Of a stretch of DNA of 64,000 bases, positions 1 to 13,199 are shown in pieces. The position numbers and the translations under genes were made by a program. The notes beneath the pieces are model-generated. The model saw only the letters and a program-made list of their open reading frames with translations. It ran no database searches and was not told the origin of the DNA. Within the stretch, counting starts at the first letter, position 1, and the number at the start of each line of letters is the position of its first letter. Origin of the DNA: Podarcis pityusensis. Lineage: Eukaryota. The stretch lies in assembly GCA_964106645.2 (NCBI GenBank), contig OZ067038.1; one strand, given 5' to 3'.

Positions 1-709
1 GGGTGATTAAATAGTTTAAACAATTGCTAATTTGTGATCTCATAGATACACTATATCCTACTAATGCTAAAATTGTGAGCAGCTTAATGGAGAAAGAGAA
101 AGAGATAATCACCCTTTCTCCCCATCACCCAATATCACTCATCAGATCACCTAGAACTGCAATTGTTGTCACACTGGCAGAAGGCGAAGCAGTCGCCCCC
201 TCAATGGCCCTTTGCCCAGCTGAAAATACCATAGCCTTTAGCAGCCAGGGAATGCTCCATCCCTGCCTTCTCAGTAAGGCATCACTATCTTAAGGGAAAT
301 GCCAGAAGGTGAGATTCTCCTAGTTCTTAGCTTGGGGGGAAATGTAGAGAAACTGCATATAAAGAGTCAGGGATCAATCCAGTTCAACAACCCTCATTAG
401 AACAGAAAAACCCATCAGTCCCAAAATCACAACAGATCAAGCCACAGAATCTGATTCTCTAACAGGAAGAGATTGTGGCACTGCAGAAGCTTTCAGATTC
501 CATTCTGTTGATGGGTCCTGATCTTGATAATAGGGATCTTCAGATATCAGAACCTATTGGCAGTGCGAGCACCAAGGGGGCAGAGTCCCACCGCTGTCTT
601 TATTAGCACCTATTATACCGAGTGCTAAGTTGTCACTCTGGTTTTGATTGCAGTGTATTTAGAAGTTTCGTCACAGAGATGTAAAGGGACGAAATGGACA
701 CCACCACCA

Positions 710-1381
710 CCATAATAATAATTTATTATTTATACCCCCCTCCCAATCTGGCTGGGTTTCCCCAGCCACTCTGGGAGGCTCCCAACAGAATATTAAAAAC
801 ACAATAAAACATCAAACATTAAAAACTTCCCTAAACAGGACTGTCTTCAGATGTCTTCTAAAAGTCAAATAGTTGTTTATTTCCTTGACATCTGATGGGA
901 AGGCATTCCACAGGGAGGGTGCCACTACCGAGAAGGCCCTCTGCCTGGTTCCCTGTAGCTTCACTTTTTGCAGTGAGGTGAACCGCCAGAAGGCCATCGG
1001 CGCTGGACCTCAGTGTCTGAGCTGAACGATGGAGTGGGTGGAGGTGGTATACTGGGCTGAGGAGGCTCCTTCAGGTATACTGGGCTGAGGCCGTTTAGGG
1101 CTTTAAAGGTCAGCACCAACACTTTGAATTGTGCTCAGAAACGTACTGGGAGCCAATGCAGATCTCTCAGGACCGGTGTTATGTGGTCCCGGTGGCCACT
1201 CCCAGTCACCAGTCTAGCTGCCGCATTCTGGATTAATTGCAGTTTCTGGGTCACCTTCAAAGGTAGCCCCACGTAGAGCGCATTGCAGTAGTCCAAGTGG
1301 GAGATAACTAGAGCATGCACCACTCTGGCGAGACAGTCCGCGGGCAGATAGGGTCCCAGCCTGGGTACCAGGTGGAGCTGT
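710..1381 (-). mobile_element. L2-clade LINE, 5'-truncated
   Basis: ORF2 C-terminal peptides LDYCNALYVGLP, HITPVLRDLHWLP and RAFSVVAPSLWN; (TTA)n tail. Confidence 0.9.
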
Positions 1382-1729
1382 AGAGAATTGTGGCTTCCTT
1401 TTTGTTACTAGAAGCTCTGTGTACACAACCTCAGATTTTCTCTCTCTTTACAGTGAACACACTCAATCGGAATAAAGCTACCAGGGAGGCATACTGTCAC
1501 AATGCTCTCTCCAAAGGAGGTAGCAAGGGGACAGGCTTTTTTCTCTCTGTTGGGTTTCTTGCGAAGGTTGCCGCTGTTAGAAGAGGCATTCAAGCCCCCA
1601 CCCATTCTGCAAACCATAGCTTAGTAGCAGAGCAGTACATTTTTTGCATGCACAAGGTTTCATTGCAAGTTAAATTGCCCTTTTCAGATCAGGGACCCAC
1701 CTTTAACTACAGGCTGCAACATGAGACCC

Positions 1730-1736
1730 ATCTATC

Positions 1737-1775
<39 letters not shown>
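1730..1775. repeat. (CTAT)n microsatellite
   Basis: Read directly. Confidence 0.95.
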
Positions 1776-2565
1776 GCAACTATGCAAGTCCATCTCCCTG
1801 CTTCTTTCTCAAACGGACCAAATGTAAGGTGGGGAGGGGGGAGTAAGACTCCCATACCTTTAATAGCTACATGTCAGATAGAATTTTGGTAGATCTCGCT
1901 TTTCATGCAGTGAGGTGAGAAAAGCTTTGCCTGCTGAAATTCCCTCTTCTACCCAAATATTTAAAAGTACAGGAGAACTTCTGTCTTTGGCCTCCAACAA
2001 CCATCACTTCGTATTTCTCTTTAAAAATGAAACCAAAGAACAAACTGTGGGCGTTTTGTGGCTGTGATCCACATTAGGTCAGGATGCAACCCACTTGAGG
2101 CAGGGAAACATGATGAATCTTTGTTTATGCCAATATGAACTGACCTGATCTTCACCTCCCAGGCGAATGTAGAGACCAGAACTTAGTGGTTCCCCAGCTT
2201 TCACACTTCCCAATGTTCTAAAACAGAGTGCTTAGTTCAAAAAAAGATGTGTCAAAATGGGTTTAGAAACCTGGACGTTGGGAGAAGATTTTTTAAAAAA
2301 TAAATAAAAAATCATATTTAGATGCAGGTTTTTTGTGTAGATTTAAGAGAGGGGGAGAGATTTGCAGATTAATGCAGAAATGGGATAGAATGGTCTTATG
2401 GGTGACCACATGTGAAAGTGACAGAATAGAATGGTTTGATTCATCCATCTCTAACTTGAAGGCCAACAAGTTAAATGATCTGAGATAGCAGGGTTGCCAA
2501 AGATCCTTGCCTGGATCCTTGGAGAGTGCCTGTCTGTCAGGGTAGATGGATTTTCCCAGGAAAAG

Positions 2566-2569
<4 letters not shown>

Positions 2570-2658
<89 letters not shown>
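2570..2658. repeat. Compound microsatellite (GA)n(GAAA)n
   Basis: Read directly. Confidence 0.95.
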
Positions 2659-3933
2659 CGCTCAGACACGGACCTAGAAATCCCTGTGTCTAGAAAGTGT
2701 GACACAAAAGGAAGTGGGGATGAGCCTTAAGTCATATTCAGAGCAGAGCCAGTGAAATCAATGAACTTGTTAGGTATGACTAACCTAAGTCTGTTGGATA
2801 CAGCCCTCTGTTCTAAATGCTTCTGTTGATTGCCAGTATTCACCTCTTTACCTAAGCTACTTTTAATTCAAAGCTTTCAGCACAACCCAAAGATACTGGA
2901 TGGCTGCTGCTTCACCCAAATGACATTCATTTCCAAGTACCTTAAAATTATCTCAGTTGTTTCTTCTGGAGGGATTTCTTTAACGTGGAAGATTGTTCTC
3001 AAAAATAGCTACTTTACATATTCAAAGGTCATTGTATTTTTCCACTTAAGATAAGGCAGCTCTCTACATATTAAACACAGCTGATTATAAAACGACTTTC
3101 ACGCCTAGCACGTCTAGTTGCATTAGGGCTAAAGGTACTCCGACTTCCAGCCTCTCGCTTTCCACTAAAAACGTCCTCCGTATTCTTTGTAGTAAGGAGT
3201 GAAGTAGGATTTTGACATTTCCTTTTTTAATAGGAATACATTAGAGCTTTCGCCGGGGAAAGGCGTAAGATGGGACATAATTGGAACCGAAACAGCACCT
3301 AGCACTGCAGTGGCAAAATCTCTTTTCAGATTTCTGCACAAAGTCATTTAACTGCAATGTTCCTTTCAAAATTTAAGAATGCATGCATGCATGCTTAAAC
3401 ACAGGCACACCATGATTCTCACACAGTGTACAACTTTCAAGCTTGCCTTGAAAATGAAAGGCGCAGGCAATTGCCGGGTGATAGAGCACATATTCCTTCC
3501 TGAACTCCCCTCTCCTCCTAGACTCCTTTCCTCTTCACAGCTTTTTCTTTTTAAACGTCTATTAATCCAGCTAGGAAGTAGAGTGCCAGACGGTGTGTTT
3601 CTCAGCTGCCTTATTTTAACTCAAATGTGCTCCTTGCTAGAAGTTTTTTATTCCTCCGTGCCCTTCAGCTCAATCACTCCAGAAAACTTCGGTTCACTTA
3701 TAGATTCAGCATTAGCCTATGCCTCCCAAGGTGAATAGTTACAGCAGCCAGCCCCATTGATTGCTTCCAGCTCTGCTTAAGAGGAGCGTGAATGTGGTTG
3801 GTTTTTAAGATTTTTTTGAAATGGCATGGGATTATTTTTATTTTTTGTATCTTTTGGACTTGAGTTTGCGCATTGCATCCTTTGTCAGCCTTTTCTCTGT
3901 ACAAAGGCAGCATATAAATAAACATAAACCATA

Positions 3934-4180
3934 AGAGCCAGTGTGGTGTAGTGGTTAAGAGTGGTGGACTTGTAATCTGGTGAACCGGGTTCGCTTCCCC
4001 GCTCCTCCACATGCAGCTGCTGGGTGACCTTGGGCCAGTCACACTTCTCTGACGTCTCTCAGCCTCACTCACCTCACAGAGTGTTAGTTGTGGAGGAGGA
4101 AGGGAAAAGAGATTGTTAGCCACTTTGAGACTCCTTAGGGTAGTGATAAAGCGGGATATCAAATCCAAATCCAAACTCTT
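3934..4180 (+). mobile_element. tRNA-derived SINE (Squam3-like)
   Basis: A/B boxes TGGTGTAGTGG / GGTTCGCTTCC; four near-identical copies in the window. Confidence 0.85.
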
Positions 4181-5257
4181 ATAACGACCTAAGATCATAA
4201 GAAGGACCTGATGGATCATGCCAATGGTCCATCTAGCCCAGCATCCTGTTCTCACATTGGCCAACCAGATGCTGGTGGGAAGCCCAAAAGCAGAACCTGA
4301 GCACAATAGCACTCGACCCACTTGCGAAGTCTCTAGCATTCAGAGGCTTACTGCATTACCTGTTTGTTTTGAAGAGTCCATGAGCTCAAGAGGGAGCCTG
4401 TTTGGGGCTTCTTCGTTGGTGAGGAGGGAGATAATTAGGGGATTGAGACATGATCAAGGCTTATAAACCTACACATCATGTGCAGAAAGGGTAGGTTTCT
4501 TCCTCCTTCCCCCATAATACTACAACTTGGGAGGCAACCAAATGGAATTGATTGGGGTAGATAACAGATTGGAGACGGACAAAGCAAAGTACTCTTCATG
4601 CAGCGGACTGGGTTGTATCTGGGGCCCTCTCACTCATGGAATGGCTTTTGATCCCATGGGGAAAGCACTTTTTTTGACCATTTCCCTGTCTCATTGTATC
4701 CCCTGCCACACACCCACACCCAAAAAATCTGCTCTGGGAGCTTGAGGGGGGGGGTCCTCCACAGTAGGGTGAAAGGTGGCATGGGTAACTGCAGGGGGAA
4801 GGGCAAGTTGGCAAAAATCATACAAACCCCTGGAACAAAAGCACAAGAAATGCCAACCGGATTCCACCCCTACTGAATGCTTCCACAAGATGTGGTGATA
4901 GCCAGTAGCTTATATGGCTGAGAACTGGACAAATTCGTGCCAAAGCCCCTCTCAGAGCTGTTGGAGGAACTGAACATGAAGGAAGGGGTTGATTGCTTTC
5001 ATGGGCACAAATCACCCCATGTATGAGATAAGCTGCAGGTGCAAGGTCAGCCAAGCCCATTGCTAAGGTGATAATGGCTGACTATATGCTGAGTATATAA
5101 GTGATTAAGGTATGTCAGCTTGATATATAAGTAACTATATAAGTGATTAAGGTATGTCAGTATGACAGTCTGTCCGTGAGTCAAAGTCTGTGTTACGTCT
5201 TGAAATGCTGGAGCAACAGAAATACTTTCTGAGTATCTGTATCTGTATCTACCTGTA

Positions 5258-5505
5258 AAAGGTAAAGGTAAAGGGACCCCTTACCATTAGGTCCAGTCAT
5301 GGCCGACTCTGGGGTTGCGGCGCTCATCTCGCTTTATTGGCCAAGGGAGCCGGCGTACAGCTTCCGGGTCATGTGGCCAGTATGACAAAGTCGCTTCTGG
5401 CGAACCAGAGCAGCGCATGGAAACGTCGTTTACCTTCCCGCCGGAGCGGTACCTATTTATCTACTTGCACTTTGACGTGCTTTTGAACTGCTAGGTGGGC
5501 AGAAG
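5258..5505 (-). mobile_element. Sauria SINE, 5'-truncated
   Basis: (AAAGGT)n tail at left; 13-bp TSD GTATCTACCTGTA (5245-5257 / 5506-5518). Confidence 0.9.
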
Positions 5506-7385
5506 GTATCTACCTGTACCTGTATTTATATCTGTATCTGTAAAGCCTACAAGCTATATGTATATTTCAACGTCCGGAACTGTATTACTGAAGCCTAACA
5601 TTCTGCAGCAGTGAACTGGTATTTTGGACCTTAAACTCCCTGTGTGTTGTGACTGGAACTAGGGGCAACTTTCACTGCGTGGTCATCTCACCTCAGATTC
5701 CCAAGAAAAGCATTATCCTGTTCAATGCTTTCTGATCAGTGGTGCCTGCAAACCCCCTTTTGGCCTAGTCGGGTTTTTACCTAACCTGCACCTGAGGTCA
5801 TACACGAAATGGCCTCACAGGCAAAATGGGAAGGCCTGGTATGCCTAATAAACCACACAAGCTGGAGATCCACCACCCCTGATTTGGAGCTTTACCCTGA
5901 CCCAGCAAAATTCTGAGGATGTTTATTGCAGCTTTGGCGTGCCGTGATTAAACTGACACTGTGGACGTTGCACAGGGAGTCTGGCAGTCTGGAAGAACAG
6001 GCAGCCAAGGAACAAGAATGGAAGGGAGACAGGAGTCACTGCTTTAGAATAGTCATTAAGGGAGCTTGCCTCTGGCAACAAGAACATGGGGAGAGAGAAA
6101 AGAATAAGAGAATGAAAGGCCTGACCTATGCTTTGGAAAGGGAGCCCAGGCTGCTATCAAGAGGAGATGGAATAAACAAAGAAAAATAAAGTACCCGGGT
6201 GTTTAATATAATAATATTTCTGGGAATCTCTATGAATTTTTGCAGGACCGCAGCCTAAGGGTTATGGTAGCTATTAGACTTGGGGGTTAAATAGAATAAA
6301 TTCATGTTCCCCTGCCTGTTATGAAACTTCTTCCTGAGCTACTTTCATAGCAAAGCAGACTGGGTGATAAAATGCCTTTACTGCTCCTTCCCTCCTAAGT
6401 CTTTTAGCAGCAATTCCCCCAGCAGTACACTTATTTATCAAACATAAGATCAGGATTTAGTGAACCCACAAACACATTTTCCAAGCAAGGTTTCCAGAAA
6501 TAACGCAGAAAACAACTTTTCGAAATCAAAGACGAAAGACAAGTAAATGGATATTATTCTATCAAATGTATGAAAGCAGGACAGGTAGCACAGACCTGTC
6601 TGTGGGGAGCTGGCAGGTGTATTCTGCAACTTGTCACTGATGCAAAAATAGTGCATTGGTGGTGGGTTTAAACTGGACCATCTCCATTCCGCTTTATTAG
6701 TTGTTCTGTGATGCTTCTCTGGTGTTATTTCATTAGTGCCATTTGAAGGGGCACTTTTGTACTACAGCACAACAAAGTGGGACAGACACACACAATAGAA
6801 CATTTGTGGTATAAAAAAATACAGGATTTCAGCAGGAAGTTACGGGGCACACAAGCACTGATTGGAAATGAAGCAATATGGCCACTCCAAAACTTTTACA
6901 GGTACAAATAGTATTGACAGTGGGATTGTGTTTAACTACCCTAATACCATCATGAACACAAATCATCATGAATGCATAAATAAGAAGGATATATGGAGGG
7001 GACCCTGCCCTATTTTCACATTTGATGAGTATGTTCCAGTCTCTTACCAAGGGATTGCATGCCCTGTCTACTTATAATTGTTACTTCCTTCTGGCTGAAC
7101 ATGATTCACTGCTGTGGGTGATATCCAGCTAAGTCAGAGTATGACTAATGTTTGATATCTCCCCATGCATCCATCTTTGAATGCAACCTTCCACAAGTTA
7201 GTTAGTTACATACCCACTTCTTCTTTTCTTTTTCTTCCAAACGCCTTTATGAGAATGTCATATGAGGGAAGCAGGAAAACGCCAAGATGGAACCAGTTCA
7301 GAAGCAGCACACCTGTTTTCTCATCACAGACATGTGAGATATTGGAGGGAAACACCATCCTGCTGTATTTATTTTGCTTGCGGAA

Positions 7386-7661
7386 TAGGGCTGGGCGATA
7401 CCTGGTTCCAACACCGTGATACATCACCCCCAGCTAAACATCGCAATATACTGATATATCATGACATCTAAAATAAGGATGGAGCTATGTAGAGGCGTTG
7501 GCTGGCTTCACAGTTTTTCCCTCATCATGATTTTTGCAAAGCACACCCACCCACACACCATGATATGCAATACATAACCAGGTCAAAAATTATGAAGCTG
7601 GTATCACAATATGGACTTCAAACCAGTTTTGGATGATATATCAATATATCACCTAGCCCTA
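7386..7661. mobile_element. Old hAT (Ac-like TIR) MITE
   Basis: TAGGGCTGGGCGATA ... TATCACCTAGCCCTA. Confidence 0.7.
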
Positions 7662-8588
7662 ATGCATAATATTGATTTTGTTCTTCTAACTTATGTCAAG
7701 CCTGCACACAACACAAGACCTGCCAAGCCCAAGGTAACCCAACACATTGTGACTGCCAATCACCTGGGGATGTCTTCAATCCAAAGTCCCCTGTGATCTC
7801 AGACTTCTCAGCTGACATCCATCCTAGAGGAGCTGTGAGAGTCCAGCAGGCATGACCCCACCCCTTCAGTGGTCAACCTTTTTAGCTGGCTTTGGTACCT
7901 AGCTAAAACTTGTGCTCAGCACTAAACCTGCCGCACTGGAGAGGGGCAAGGGCTTGATGTCACACGGAACACGGATAATTTTCTGATCACCTCCGAGGCC
8001 CAGCAGCACTAAGGAGACAAGTCGCAAGGGGCATCTCCAGAGGGGCTCAGAAATGAAGAATCATTAGTTGCAAAATGTGCCTGGCACCCTACGGATTTTG
8101 AACCCTGATTACTATGTGATTATTGTGTTCGACTGATTTTGTTTTAGGCTTCTCAATGATTTGCTGGTTTTGAAACGCACGTAAATTATATTGATCTGAT
8201 GTTATCTGATTGACTTTACTGACCTCATACATAGTTGTACCTTGTTTACCAGATTGCTATTATTCAGTGTTCCAGTGTTTATATATATTCTTGGTTTATT
8301 AATTTGTTTGGTGGAATGTTCCATACATACTGTGGATTTATTAATTTTTCTTGTTGATGTTTGTATTGTTGCTACATATCTGTCAGGCTTGATATAAATT
8401 GCCTTGGGCATCATATATATTGAAAAATGGTGCATAAATAAAACGGATATTGACTCAGCTCTTCATACTGACCCATCTCTTCTATGCAGAAAATTCTCTT
8501 TACCTATCACAAGCTTTGCGCATTTTTGCCACCAAACAAATAGTCCTGGCCAATGGAACCACAGCAATTGTGAGAAAGGGTTAAACTT

Positions 8589-8590
<2 letters not shown>

Positions 8591-8626
<36 letters not shown>
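8591..8626. repeat. (AC)n microsatellite
   Basis: Read directly. Confidence 0.95.
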
Positions 8627-9374
8627 TTGCTGAAACCCAGTAGGTAAGAAACATCAAAAACGTAAGTACAGTCTTCAGTAATTACTGTTAATTAACTAGC
8701 AATATGGCAGCATTTCCAAATGTGACATTTAAAGCACATTAATGTGATCGTGAACAGTCACAGGGATAATTCAGCTCATCTGCTGTAAGACCTTGATTCC
8801 TGAACATCTGAAAACACTACTTAAGCTATCATTAAAGCTGTAATCAAGTATTTTCTTGCTCTAGAAAATTAGGCATGCTTGCTTACCTGAAAAAACCAAC
8901 AAAAAAAACAGGAATGTGAGCTCAAATTTTCAGTGAGGCTCCAGATAACCAACCTCTTTGAAAGCTAAATGTGTGACGAAACGGCTACTCACCCAAGGCT
9001 TACTCAAATGAACAGTGTACCAAAGTTCATTGATTCCAAGCTTTTGTTCAGAAAAAAAAGCTTTTTTGACACAAACAGGGAATCTCAGTCTGCTTTAGCT
9101 CCACTTATGACATTCCTGCAAAAAAGACTGAAGTATTTTAAGGTGATACATCTTTGTTATTCATTACAGAATCAAAATCTGTAGAAAGCCGGAATTTTGG
9201 TAAGGAGAATTTGGTGTAATTTTTACACGAGTATCTGGAGGGTTATCGATCACCAGCTTGTTACTATGAATGATTTTCAAAAGAATGGTAGTTTCTCCAT
9301 CACTGAGCATTATACGAATACAAGAAAATGAATTTGCTAACAGCCTGACCAGTTATATAAGAGCACGTGCGAAG

Positions 9375-9860
9375 GATAATTTTTACATATCACTTGGGAA
9401 GACAGGCAAACTAATGTCAGTGTACTAGAAGAAGCAAAGATCACCAGTGTCAAAGCAATGATTCTTCAACATCAACTTCGCTCGACTGGCCATGTTGTTC
9501 AGATGCCTGATTATCGTCTTCCAAAGGAACTACTGTATTCCCAACTTAAGAATGGAAAGCACAATGCTGGTGGGACAACAAAAGAGGTTTAAAGACGCTA
9601 TCAAGGCAAATCTTTAAAAATGTTGTATAAACACCGACAACTGGGAAACACTGGCCTGCGAGCACTTCAAAGGCATCATGGACTTTGAAGAAACACGAAC
9701 TCAGGATGAAAGGGAGAAATGTGCTAAGAGGAAGGCACGTTTGGCAAACCCTCACCGTGATCAACTCCCACCCGGAAACTGATGTCCCCACTGTGGAAGG
9801 ATGTGAGGATCCAGAATTGGCCTCCACAGTCACCTACAGACACACCATTAAGACCATTAT
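9375..9860 (+). mobile_element. RTE-clade LINE 3' fragment
   Basis: Encodes ITWEDRQTNVSVLEEAK...GHVVQMPDYRLPKELLYS...KRFKD with frameshifts. Confidence 0.8.
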
Positions 9861-10923
9861 GATCCAAGATCATAATGTGCACCTCATATTTGAAGCAAGC
9901 CTTAAAAGCCTCCCAAGGACTCCCAAGCCCAAAGATACAAGTCTCAGCACCAGTTATTATCCAATTTGACTGCTAAAGCTTTAGCAGAAACATTAATATA
10001 TGACCTGCCAGGAAGGTACAGAGTACAAACAAACAAACAGCTTGGAGCCTTAGGAGCTTTTTGGGGGCTGCCCGCTTATTATTCAATGAAAGTATAACAG
10101 AGAAAATTATGAGCAAATGTTGGCAACCCAGCGACCACATGGGAACGCTGCACATACACACAAATGACAGCAAGCTGTGCTGGCTTGCCATGCATTTAGT
10201 CGTCATCAGCTCTAGTACAGTAACTCACTGGGCAGCATTTTTACACAATACACTAAGTCAACCAAGTGGCAATTAACCTTCCAATTTTCAATCAAACCCA
10301 CTTGCTGAAAGAGGAAGCAGTTATGGCCACGCACACAAAATGGACCTGGCTTTGGCATCACACCTTTAACATCCCAACTGGCAGCAATGGCACCAGCAGG
10401 CTCCCTCCCGCGCATACAATTATGGCACAATGTCATTCAAAGGAACACTTAAAAGCAGAGGAACTGACTTCACCTACCAATTATGGTTAGAAACCTAGAC
10501 TTTGCTTCCGACGGCTATTCAGCTCACACAATTATGCATTTTCAGGGCATGGAAATTGTTATTCATTGGCAAGAAACGCTGGGAAAGGTAGGATTCTTTG
10601 GGGACAAACATTCCAACAGGGGCAATCTGTTTTGATGGTTGTTTATCTATCTCTCCGGCAAAGTAGGGTCGTTTCAGCGCTGTGCAAACATAGTGATGCC
10701 ACTGCATCCCTACCCAAAAAAGAAATTGAACCAGTGCTCCAGTGGCAGAGGAGCCAGAAAGAGAGCTGACCCATTAACTACTGCTTTACATTTTCCCCCC
10801 CTAAAATGGGGTGGCAAGGGGAGCAGGGCTTGTTTCATTCAAACCCACCACCACCTTTTCCACCATAATTTCAGCAGATTTCTTGCATCTACAGATTTCT
10901 TGCACCCATGTGTTCATTGAAAT

Positions 10924-11797
10924 TGTCAGGAGTGAGCTAGCAGTAAATCACACAGACCAAGTGAAGTTAACTCTTTATCAGAAAAACAGGATCTGCACAG
11001 GGATGCCAGGCCTAATGAGCACAACAACTCCTCCTCAGTTGGTCTTGCTGTTATGTACTGAAGTTCTCACCCTGGGCCAGCAGGGAGTTACTGTAGATAG
11101 CTTTCACTCAGGTCCACATATGCAAATAAGGGATTGAAAGTGACGTTCAGTGATTGGATAGTTACAGAAAATGGTTACTGTTGCGTTCTAGTGGAGCTCT
11201 ATATAAGCAGGCTGGCTGAACTCTTCAGTTCAGTTCAGTTCAGTTCTGGCCTGTGAATAAACAAGAGCTGTTTGAAGAATCGCTGTGTCATCTGATATGT
11301 TCACCCACCACTTAACACTTGCCCCTATGAAGCAGTTGCAGAGACTGAAGGTTCCCACCTTCCACAGCTGCCTACATCCCTCCCCAGGGTTCCCCCCCCA
11401 GCAATCTGAGGCTGTGCCTGAGTGCCTGCCTTTGCTCCTCCCGTTTCATGCCTCCCCTGGTCTTGAAAAACCAGTGAGGAGGGGACCTTTTCACAGCAGG
11501 AAGGAGTGCCTCTTTATCAGGCTGACTCGTCTCTGCCCCCTGACCTCCCTAATCCTCCTCTCCTGCTGAAGCTTCTAGTTCTGATTCTGGATTGGTCTCT
11601 GCTATGGACTCTTCCGGCTCATTAAGCCCTGTTCCCTCTTCAGTTTCCAATACCTCCTCTTCCTATTCTTCTCCCTTGGACCACTCATCATCATCCTACC
11701 ACCAATCCCCTGGCTATGAGCCTTCTTCCCTTGGTGGTTCCTCAGCTGGTTCCTCAGACCCCTGGCTGCTTCCTCTACATCCAACCAGTCCATGACA
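10924..11797 (-). mobile_element. Solo LTR (outer)
   Basis: TGTCA...TGACA termini; perfect 5-bp TSD GAAAT (10919-23 / 11798-802). Confidence 0.82.
11049..11317 (+). mobile_element. Solo LTR (inner, 269 bp)
   Basis: TGTTA...TAACA, perfect TSD CTTGC, TATATAA 11200-06, AATAAA 11256-61. Confidence 0.9.
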
Positions 11798-12951
11798 GAA
11801 ATTGGGCAAATCCCACCTCTTGCACTGCCTAGTAAAGCGACACAGGGGCTCCTGAGAGGAGAGGAGGCAGCGATATGCTGAAGCTGGAAAAAACCATAAT
11901 ATCCTCACGCCTCCACCTGCTCATTCCTTGTGCTATTATTTTAAAAAGATGTCAAAGTCACCCAAGGGCATTTCTCACATTGCTTATAGGGCAGGGGCTG
12001 GAATGCTGGGCTTTAATGTTGGGGTACTCATTTCATCATGTGCCCTGTACATGTCAGTCCTATCCTGCACACCTTCATCACATCAGTTCAGTTTGGCTGC
12101 CACTGGAATCAATGGGACTTCAGTGATCACTAACTTCAGCGGAACAAAGGTCAACTAACTTGGACTGGATCCAACATTTTACGTGCTTATTTTAAATTTT
12201 TATCAAAGCACATTTTGTTTTATTCATATTTGACACTGTGGAATAATTGTAACCACATTGGACAGCTTGTATTTAGAGTGGAGTTAAGTGTTCTGCACTT
12301 ATTCCCCTCCCCACCAAGTATCTTTAAGCTTTCCCACCCCTCTGGCACAAAGTGTTTTGACTCCAAGCCCAAACTACCATTTACAACAGAGCTACCGTGT
12401 GCGTGTGTGTGTGTGCGCGCGCGCGCGCAGCTAAACGCCAAACAAAACATTAATTAAGAAGATGAACTTATTTTCAATAACAGAAACTACAGAAACGCAG
12501 GAAGGCCTGCTTGCTTGGCTAAACATTAAGGTGAGCTAGAGAATACCCGAAAAGGAGAGCAAAGCTTCTCAAAGATTCGGATTGCCTTGACAACGGCAGT
12601 GACAGTTCACAAAAGGTAAAAGAATGTCAGCCTTTTAAGTAAAGGGAAAAAAATACTGGTGGGTTTTGTAGAAGCATTTCTATACTAGCTTCATTCAACA
12701 CCATCTGGCATTTGTATACCATTTTGCCTGTGCAGAATGCATTATTATATCTGCTGCACGTCTTCCTAAATATGGAAAAGAAAGCTGCTATCTTAAACAC
12801 CCCCATTCCGAACAGTTGCACGCTGGAGAATTGGACTGACTTTGCCTTGCCACAAGGGTTAGTTTACCATATAAATTTCCCCCATGCTTGGAAAACCTAA
12901 GACTATACAACATGTGGCCTATAACAAAATGTTGCAGCGTGGAGTGCTCCT

Positions 12952-13199
12952 GAGAGCCAGTGTGGTGTAGTGGTTAAGAGCGGTAGATTCGTAATCTAGG
13001 GAACCGGGTGCGCGTCTCCTCTCCTCCACAAGCAGCTGCTGGGTGACCTTGGGCCAGTCACACTTCTTTGAAGTCTCTCAGCCCCACTCACCTCACAGAG
13101 TGTTTGTTGTGGGGGAGGAAGGGAAAGGAGAATGTTAGCCGCTTTGAGACTCCTTCGGGTAGCGATAAAGCAGGATATCAAATCCAAACTCTTCTTCTT
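12952..13199 (+). mobile_element. tRNA-derived SINE (Squam3-like)
   Basis: Same family, (CTT)n tail. Confidence 0.85.

Noticed and set aside
3934-4010. tRNA gene
   Set aside because: The A/B boxes belong to SINE heads; no cloverleaf.
3698-4339. 213-aa ORF and similar peptides at 12996, 27506 and 30412
   Set aside because: Read-through of SINE sequence; the recurrence reflects the repeat, not a gene family.
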